DNA of 64,000 bases, from positions 64,001-128,000 of the forward strand of contig JBEPZV010000002.1 of the NCBI GenBank assembly GCA_041640655.1, read 5' to 3'. The position numbers were made by a program, and so were the translations under genes. Under the pieces are notes generated by a model, which worked only from the letters and a program-made list of their open reading frames with translations, ran no database searches and was not told the origin of the DNA. Positions 55,101-64,000 of the stretch are shown one piece after another; within the stretch, counting starts at the first letter, position 1, and each line of letters opens with the position of its first letter. This DNA comes from a bacterium. Lineage in GTDB: Bacteria > Acidobacteriota > Blastocatellia > HR10.

Positions 55101-58100
55101 TCAATCCCACCTTGGTTCGATTAGCACCGTTGCGGCTCCTGTGCGCATGGACGTCAGGAGCCTGTTTCAATCCCACCTTGGTTCGATTAGCACTTGCCCG
55201 CCTTTGGCGGTCCCGTCAGAACAACTACGAGTTTCAATCCCACCTTGGTTCGATTAGCACAGCACAGCGTGCACTTCACACCGTGCCCGCTGTGTAGTTT
55301 CAATCCCACCTTGGTTCGATTAGCACCCTGACTTTCCACCGTGATTTCGAGGCGGTCACGGGTTTCAATCCCACCTTGGTTCGATTAGCACCGGATTCAC
55401 AAGCCGGCGACGCGTCCGGGTCTAGCCGTTTCAATCCCACCTTGGTTCGATTAGCACCCTCCGGCGATTTCGCCGCCGACGACCGAACATCGCGTTTCAA
55501 TCCCACCTTGGTTCGATTAGCACCGGATTCGGAGGGCAGACCTCGCGAGGCTCCTCCGTTTCAATCCCACCTTGGTTCGATTAGCACTGAGGATCCGTTC
55601 CCGCAACCGTCGAAAACTCTCGAGTTTCAATCCCACCTTGGTTCGATTAGCACGCTACTCCGAAGCCGATGCGCGACGCGCCATCACGCGTTTCAATCCC
55701 ACCTTGGTTCGATTAGCACCCCGATCGGCTTTGGCCGAATAAAACCCATAATCCCGTTTCAATCCCACCTTGGTTCGATTAGCACGCGGCTGGATGGGGT
55801 GTCCTTTCAAGTGCCCATATGGTTTCAATCCCACCTTGGTTCGATTAGCACTCGCCTACATCCTTAGCCAACGTGCGAATGTGCTCTGTTTCAATCCCAC
55901 CTTGGTTCGATTAGCACCAGTTTGCAAGGCCGCTTTTAACCAGTTACTCACTGGTTTCAATCCCACCTTGGTTCGATTAGCACGATTCCACGACTCATAG
56001 AGTCGTGGGCACCCTCTAGGTTTCAATCCCACCTTGGTTCGATTAGCACCATCCTCAGAGACATCGCCCGTGATGGAGTACCCTAGTTTCAATCCCACCT
56101 TGGTTCGATTAGCACCAATTTGTTTCACATTGTCATTTCCCGTGAAATCTTGTTTCAATCCCACCTTGGTTCGATTAGCACCGATGCTTTTCGCGTAGTC
56201 CCCTAAAACCCGTTGAAGTTTCAATCCCACCTTGGTTCGATTAGCACCCTTGTGCGAGAAATGTCACAGAAAGAAACATGAAGTTTCAATCCCACCTTGG
56301 TTCGATTAGCACAAAACCGAGAGGAGGGAGTATGAGCATGATCGCCTGGTTTCAATCCCACCTTGGTTCGATTAGCACCAGCATGGAGCGCGGAGGCGAT
56401 TCTTGAGCAGGCAGGTTTCAATCCCACCTTGGTTCGATTAGCACCTCAATCCCCCTGTACTTGATGGTAACCACTCGATCGTTTCAATCCCACCTTGGTT
56501 CGATTAGCACTTGTCGCGCGCGGACTTGGCTTCTCGCGCAATCCGCGTTTCAATCCCACCTTGGTTCGATTAGCACGAAGTATGCCGTTCAGACTGGAAC
56601 CCACCCCCAGCGGTTTCAATCCCACCTTGGTTCGATTAGCACCCCGCCGAGCGCATCGCCGAGGATCTCGTGCAGATCGTTTCAATCCCACCTTGGTTCG
56701 ATTAGCACGGGACGGATCGAGCGCCGCGTGACGCGCTCGATCATCGTTTCAATCCCACCTTGGTTCGATTAGCACATGCCGTGTAGCGAGAAGCGCGCCC
56801 GTCTGCTCCTTGTTTCAATCCCACCTTGGTTCGATTAGCACTCGCCTTCGTGGGGAACCTCATCGCCCACGTGGCCCGGTTTCAATCCCACCTTGGTTCG
56901 ATTAGCACCCGAGTGGGAATTCATATAACACTGAATTCATTACTGTTTCAATCCCACCTTGGTTCGATTAGCACTGATCGTCGTTCGTCGGTTTCCGACA
57001 TTTCCGCAAGGTTTCAATCCCACCTTGGTTCGATTAGCACATCCTCGTCTCCTACTGATCTCCTACTGAGACTCCCGTTTCAATCCCACCTTGGTTCGAT
57101 TAGCACTTTGGAGGGGAAGATGGATCAGAGGCTCTTCGTGATGTTTCAATCCCACCTTGGTTCGATTAGCACCTTGAGTAGGGGGGAGCACTGCGCGAAG
57201 ATGGCGCATGTTTCAATCCCACCTTGGTTCGATTAGCACCGCGCGCGGGCTTGGCTTTTCCCGCAATCCCGGCCAAGTTTCAATCCCACCTTGGTTCGAT
57301 TAGCACCGGGCGAAATCCTCGCGGTCAAGACGGCGGCAGGATGTTTCAATCCCACCTTGGTTCGATTAGCACCGCGCAGCGGGGAGTGATCGCCCGTTGC
57401 GGAGAGTGGTTTCAATCCCACCTTGGTTCGATTAGCACCTGTCGGCGCTATTCAACATCAATCTCAATAGCGGTTTCAATCCCACCTTGGTTCGATTAGC
57501 ACCCATTATAGCACAGAACCGCTCCAAAAAGCAAAACCGTTTCAATCCCACCTTGGTTCGATTAGCACTTCGCCCCCCAATGTGCGGAGCGTATGAAACA
57601 TATTGTTTCAATCCCACCTTGGTTCGATTAGCACATTGCGCGCGCGCTCGGCTACTCCGAAGCCGATGCGGTTTCAATCCCACCTTGGTTCGATTAGCAC
57701 TGGACGCCCTTCGTCACTTGCGGCAGATGCAGGAACGTTTCAATCCCACCTTGGTTCGATTAGCACTATGTTATTGATATTGCGTGACTTAATGACAGCA
57801 AGGTTTCAATCCCACCTTGGTTCGATTAGCACGAAGCAGCTCATCTTGTGCTGGTTCCAAGTCGTCTTGTTTCAATCCCACCTTGGTTCGATTAGCACCC
57901 GCACGTGCGGAGGACGAAATCTATCCAAGCCTCGTTTCAATCCCACCTTGGTTCGATTAGCACCGGCGACCACGCCCTCTTTGTCATCTCCCCGGGGAGT
58001 TTCAATCCCACCTTGGTTCGATTAGCACTTGTACGCCCGGCCATCCGCCGCGAGGAGGATCTCGGTTTCAATCCCACCTTGGTTCGATTAGCACGCTACT

Positions 58101-61100
58101 CCGAAGCCGATGCGCGGCGCGCCATCGCGCGTTTCAATCCCACCTTGGTTCGATTAGCACATATTGAAGAGCGCCGACAGCGCGCCCGCCAGCCCGGTTT
58201 CAATCCCACCTTGGTTCGATTAGCACCGATCGAGCACGGCGCATTGTCTACACCGTGCTCGTGTTTCAATCCCACCTTGGTTCGATTAGCACCACGAGCA
58301 GCTTTGCGGGTGAACAGGGCAGAGTTTGGTTTCAATCCCACCTTGGTTCGATTAGCACCTGATTGAGGTCATCCCTCCGCTGCCCCCCCCGAGACGTTTC
58401 AATCCCACCTTGGTTCGATTAGCACCAGCACCTCGCTGATCAGGAACCAAAAATCATCATCCGTTTCAATCCCACCTTGGTTCGATTAGCACTCCCGCCT
58501 CCTCCAGCTCCCGGAGAAAGTCCTCTAGGTTTCAATCCCACCTTGGTTCGATTAGCACGATGAGCGCTCTGACCTCCGCGAGTGAGATCACGTACGTTTC
58601 AATCCCACCTTGGTTCGATTAGCACCCGCGCCTGCAGGGGCGCGGGGAGCACGAAACCGAAGTTTCAATCCCACCTTGGTTCGATTAGCACCTTCAAGGC
58701 ACTCATTCTCCGTGAGCGCCTCGACGAGTTTCAATCCCACCTTGGTTCGATTAGCACGGAGCCGCCCGACGTGCGGAGGACGAAGTCCACCCAGTTTCAA
58801 TCCCACCTTGGTTCGATTAGCACTAGTCGCGTTAAGGGGGGACTGTTGCCTTCACATCCGTTTCAATCCCACCTTGGTTCGATTAGCACCGGCGGACGCG
58901 CTCTTACAGCGCGTGGCCACGATTGGTTTCAATCCCACCTTGGTTCGATTAGCACTACGATGAATGGGTACTTCAAGGGGCAGGGTACGCAGTTTCAATC
59001 CCACCTTGGTTCGATTAGCACGTCCCTCTCTCATCCCTCTTGACACACTCTTGACACGTTTCAATCCCACCTTGGTTCGATTAGCACTATCCCCTCTGTG
59101 ACGACCATACTCGATCTGATATATGTTTCAATCCCACCTTGGTTCGATTAGCACTTGGAATGCAACCCTCTCGAGGATGGTGGCGCCTTGGTTTCAATCC
59201 CACCTTGGTTCGATTAGCACGATCCATCATGAGGAAGTCGTTCGCCGCATCGCTTCGTTTCAATCCCACCTTGGTTCGATTAGCACCGGGCGCGGGGAAA
59301 CGGGCACGATGACCGGGACGCGGTTTCAATCCCACCTTGGTTCGATTAGCACATCCTCCCCCACCAATGTCCTTCCCTTGAATCAAATGTTTCAATCCCA
59401 CCTTGGTTCGATTAGCACGAGGAGACCGTATGCTCGTGCTGACGGAAAACGGACGTTTCAATCCCACCTTGGTTCGATTAGCACGCTTCCGAGTCTACCG
59501 AGAGAATACACCGAACTCGTGTTTCAATCCCACCTTGGTTCGATTAGCACCAAACGGCGCGCGGGCCGAAAAGCCCACGCGCCGAATGTTTCAATCCCAC
59601 CTTGGTTCGATTAGCACCTGCCGCCGGTGTGCTGCTGCTCATCCTCGTTCTCGTTTCAATCCCACCTTGGTTCGATTAGCACGGGACTGAGGAGGCGAAG
59701 GCGTTCATCGCCTTCGCCGGTTTCAATCCCACCTTGGTTCGATTAGCACCTCGAACTTCTCAACAGACTGCTCGAAACCGTTCGCGTTTCAATCCCACCT
59801 TGGTTCGATTAGCACTATATCTGCACTGGGATGGTGAATGCTCACATTCAGTTTCAATCCCACCTTGGTTCGATTAGCACTCATCCGTGAGCGGCTGCGG
59901 CTGCGTGTGCGGCTGAGTTTCAATCCCACCTTGGTTCGATTAGCACCAAATCTCCGGACTTCAGTTGTGAGGTTTTGGCCAAGTTTCAATCCCACCTTGG
60001 TTCGATTAGCACCAATCCCCAAGACGCGATCCTCGCAGTCCAACCCTAGTTTCAATCCCACCTTGGTTCGATTAGCACCTTTGACGTCCTCGGCCTCCGC
60101 GAGGGGACGCTCACGCGTTTCAATCCCACCTTGGTTCGATTAGCACCCAGGATCCCATCCTCGATCGCCAGATTTCACCGGGTTTCAATCCCACCTTGGT
60201 TCGATTAGCACAAGAAGTCGCGCTTCCCGCGCGACTTGAAATTGTCCGTTTCAATCCCACCTTGGTTCGATTAGCACCAGAAGATCAACTTTCGAGGGGA
60301 ACGCCCGCCCGAGTTTCAATCCCACCTTGGTTCGATTAGCACAGGATGAGCGTATGCCGAGAAGCCGCTACCCACATCGTTTCAATCCCACCTTGGTTCG
60401 ATTAGCACCGTCTTCGGCGGCGGGCGTGTGTGTTTTGGGGACGTCGTTTCAATCCCACCTTGGTTCGATCAGCACCAACTCCCCCGCCAGTGAAGCCGAG
60501 AGACCACACCAAGTTTCAATCCCACCTTGGTTCGATTAGCACCTCAAGCGTCATAGCCATGATCATCCTCCTTCTTCAGTTTCAATCCCACCTTGGTTCG
60601 ATTAGCACGTGTACACCCACATCCGTCGAACCTACGACCGCATGCGTTTCAATCCCACCTTGGTTCGATTAGCACGTGTACACCCACATCCGTCGAACCT
60701 ACGACCGCATGCGTTTCAATCCCACCTTGGTTCGATTAGCACAATCGCCGGAAGCGCTCACGTTTTGCCGCACGAAAAGTTTCAATCCCACCTTGGTTCG
60801 ATTAGCACCGGGTACCCGTACGCGCACCCGCACGTCTTCAGCGAGTTTCAATCCCACCTTGGTTCGATTAGCACGAATTGAAACAATCCTTGAATACGCG
60901 CTTGATCGCGGTTTCAATCCCACCTTGGTTCGATTAGCACAGATATCCGCATCCTGCGTCTTGAGCAGCGCGTGCCAGTTTCAATCCCACCTTGGTTCGA
61001 TTAGCACACTTGAGCGGTGGGAGAAGCTGTCCGAGTATTCGATTGTTTCAATCCCACCTTGGTTCGATTAGCACATTCTCTCGAGTTTTTCGATCCCGCG

Positions 61101-63717
61101 CGCTACGTCGCGTTTCAATCCCACCTTGGTTCGATTAGCACGCCGCCAGCGCAGGAGTGGATCGAGCTGGCCTCAGAGTTTCAATCCCACCTTGGTTCGA
61201 TTAGCACTCTGAAGAACTCCGTGTTGGAGACGTTTCCCTCGAGTTTCAATCCCACCTTGGTTCGATTAGCACCACCTCTTCACCGATGCCGAATATGAGC
61301 TGCTCCGTGTTTCAATCCCACCTTGGTTCGATTAGCACCGATCTCCCTCCCACCATCGCGCACGCGATGATCGGTTTCAATCCCACCTTGGTTCGATTAG
61401 CACAAGCGCTCGAGCACTTCGATCCCACGCGCTACGTCGGTTTCAATCCCACCTTGGTTCGATTAGCACCGCGCGATCTCGACAAACTCGCGTCGCGCGT
61501 CGAGGTTTCAATCCCACCTTGGTTCGATTAGCACCCGCTGCGGAGAGTGCGGCGATGTCGAGCGCGTTCGGTTTCAATCCCACCTTGGTTCGATTAGCAC
61601 CGTCGGGAAACCGCCATCCGCTCGATCTCCTCTCTGTTTCAATCCCACCTTGGTTCGATTAGCACCTCCGCCTGAGCCGCCGCCTGCTCCAAAATTTCCT
61701 CGTTTCAATCCCACCTTGGTTCGATTAGCACCATCACTGCGCGCGCGGAGAGCGCGCGCGAGGACGAGGTTTCAATCCCACCTTGGTTCGATTAGCACTC
61801 GTGATTGACGCCGACCATCACCGGGGGGATTTTGTTTCAATCCCACCTTGGTTCGATTAGCACCTACGACCTTCCCCCCACCATCGCGCACGCGATGCTG
61901 GCGTTTCAATCCCACCTTGGTTCGATTAGCACGATGAGGAGAAGCGGGTGTGGAAGCCGTTTCTCGAGGTTTCAATCCCACCTTGGTTCGATTAGCACCA
62001 GCGAAAGCGTACGCTTTCGCTATCTGTTCTTCGATGGTTTCAATCCCACCTTGGTTCGATTAGCACAGGTCTGTCCCCTGCTTCCAAGGAAGCTGCAGAA
62101 TTGTTTCAATCCCACCTTGGTTCGATTAGCACGATTGTCGAACTTTCGCGCGCCCACGCGAATTCAACGTTTCAATCCCACCTTGGTTCGATTAGCACGC
62201 TGGGCCGCCGCGGCCTTCTCGGCAGGCCGATCACGTTTCAATCCCACCTTGGTTCGATTAGCACCCTGGTCGGGGCGTCGAATGAGCTTCCGTCCATCAG
62301 TTTCAATCCCACCTTGGTTCGATTAGCACCCCGCAGAGCGCATCGCCGAGGATCTTGTGCAGATCGTTTCAATCCCACCTTGGTTCGATTAGCACCGTCA
62401 TCGTCTTTGACGATGACGCGCTTGAGGGGACGTTTCAATCCCACCTTGGTTCGATTAGCACACATCCTCGACTCCGGGGCAGGTTCCCTTGCCGCTCGTT
62501 TCAATCCCACCTTGGTTCGATTAGCACCCCGGCCCGCCAGCGCCGCAGAGGCCCGCACGACCTGTTTCAATCCCACCTTGGTTCGATTAGCACTGCGTGC
62601 GCTTGCGGATGCGGAACTCCGCGTCACGCGTTTCAATCCCACCTTGGTTCGATTAGCACTTTCCGACATTTCCGCAAGTGGTCGAAGCCATGCGTGTTTC
62701 AATCCCACCTTGGTTCGATTAGCACCGCTCGGCGAGGCGCTCGGCGAGCCGCGCGCCGTGGTTTCAATCCCACCTTGGTTCGATTAGCACGATGCAGACG
62801 AAGAGGTTGAAGAAGCTGTTGAACCGGTTTCAATCCCACCTTGGTTCGATTAGCACGAGGGGGAATCGTCCCCCTCGCTCCAGGAGGGAATCGTTTCAAT
62901 CCCACCTTGGTTCGATTAGCACCTCTCGGACCTCGACAATAAAATTGCCGACTCGCGTGTTTCAATCCCACCTTGGTTCGATTAGCACAAGCCGTCGAGG
63001 CGATCACGGCTGTCGTCCTCGAACGTTTCAATCCCACCTTGGTTCGATTAGCACTGAGAAGCTGCCACCGTCCCTGCCGTCACCCCAAGAGTTTCAATCC
63101 CACCTTGGTTCGATTAGCACTTGATGAGCGCGAGCCAATCGTCCAGCCTGCTCCGCGTTTCAATCCCACCTTGGTTCGATTAGCACCCCCATGTGTACTC
63201 CCTAGCTAGCAGAACGTTTTCCGTTTCAATCCCACCTTGGTTCGATTAGCACCGTCGGCGCCTGGCACGCCGATGCGGCCGACTACAGGTTTCAATCCCA
63301 CCTTGGTTCGATTAGCACCGTTGAGCGTGCGCCCGGAGCGACCGCGACGGAATCGTTTCAATCCCACCTTGGTTCGATTAGCACGAGATGATCGTGGTAG
63401 CTCCATTGTCGGTGATTCAGGTTTCAATCCCACCTTGGTTCGATTAGCACTGACTACTTCGGGTCTTTCCTGCTCCTTGAAATAACGTTTCAATCCCACC
63501 TTGGTTCGATTAGCACCAGCGGCGGGAACCGGTTTCCCCCATCGGCCGAACTTGTTTCAATCCCACCTTGGTTCGATTAGCACCGGCGATGTCGAGCGCG
63601 TTCACGGCATCGCCGCGAACGGTTTCAATCCCACCTTGGTTCGATTAGCACAGAACGGCCTCGACAAGGGCGAGGAGGGCTTCTAAAGTTTCAATCCCAC
63701 CTTGGTTCGATTAGCAC
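46176..63717 (-). CRISPR. CRISPR array, about 265 repeats of GTGCTAATCGAACCAAGGTGGGATTGAAAC (30 bp) with 35-39 nt spacers; type I-B-like
   Basis: + strand GTTTCAATCCCACCTTGGTTCGATTAGCAC at about 66 nt period (count estimated from the period). ATTGAAAC 3' end, degenerate 29-nt repeat at 46176 and promoter at the right end all indicate minus orientation. Confidence 0.99.
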
Positions 63718-63900
63718 CCACGAAATTTGGCCGAAAAAGGCCAAATTTCGGCGTTTATTATGCCGTCGTCCCCCGGTTTCTGTCAAGGGGGCGGGGAACG
63801 ACGGCACTGCGTTCGAGAAGGGACCCCGGCCAACCGCCTCGGCGTTCCGTGAAACCTTGATAGAGCGAGAGATCGTCGATGCTGCCTCGAAACTCCGTCC
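63718..63900 (-). promoter_or_regulatory. CRISPR leader with sigma70 promoter and inverted repeats
   Basis: TTGACA (63786-63781)-18 nt-CATAAT (63762-63757) pointing into the array; inverted repeats at 63721-63750 and about 63761-63806. Confidence 0.8.
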
Positions 63901-64000
63901 GCGCCCCACAAGTTTCTTGCAGTCTCGAGAAGGCGAGAGAACGACCTGCGGATTTCATCCTAAGGTATGCTCTCAGATGATGCCGAATCTCCAACTCAGG

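Noticed and set aside
46179..63686. Dozens of ORFs containing FQSHLGSIST, FNPTLVRLA or ANRTKVGLK
   Set aside because: Translations of the CRISPR repeat in stop-free frames, not genes
46205..63687. Self-targeting spacers against genes in this window
   Set aside because: None found by eye; the check was not exhaustive and needs an alignment
63758..64000. Right-edge ORF as a possible cas gene or cas2 tail
   Set aside because: Overlaps the leader promoter and has no Cas motifs; too little sequence to call

Overview
High-GC bacterial chromosomal segment. Gene content and protein style suggest a thermophilic Acidobacteriota (Blastocatellia-like) organism; this is inference. Bases 1-46140 are mostly housekeeping and envelope genes: recF, probable gyrB start, tpx, ldcA-folC-accD, meaB-mce, mtnP, an ADP-heptose/LPS-core cluster, dnaJ, an ECF sigma/anti-sigma/TonB trio, an Omp85 gene with glycosyltransferases and coaE, and atuA-like. 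Bases 46176-63717 are a very large CRISPR array of about 265 repeats (30 bp, type I-B-like), transcribed on the minus strand from a leader/promoter at the right edge. No cas genes are in the window. The most interesting signal is inside the spacers: many overlap or are homologous and can be tiled. The tiles reconstruct a JAB/MPN protease active-site motif (LEYFDPARYVAVAHSHH[T/S]), an E2/UBC-like motif (GYPYAHPHVFS[D/E]), a Bro-N antirepressor-like hotspot and other phage-like peptides. This implies a long-fought family of viruses or mobile elements that may carry a ubiquitin-like conjugation module. The tiles also give a PAM of about 5'-YCN-3'. A 20-nt palindromic motif is shared exactly between the CRISPR leader and an unrelated intergenic region 30 kb away.
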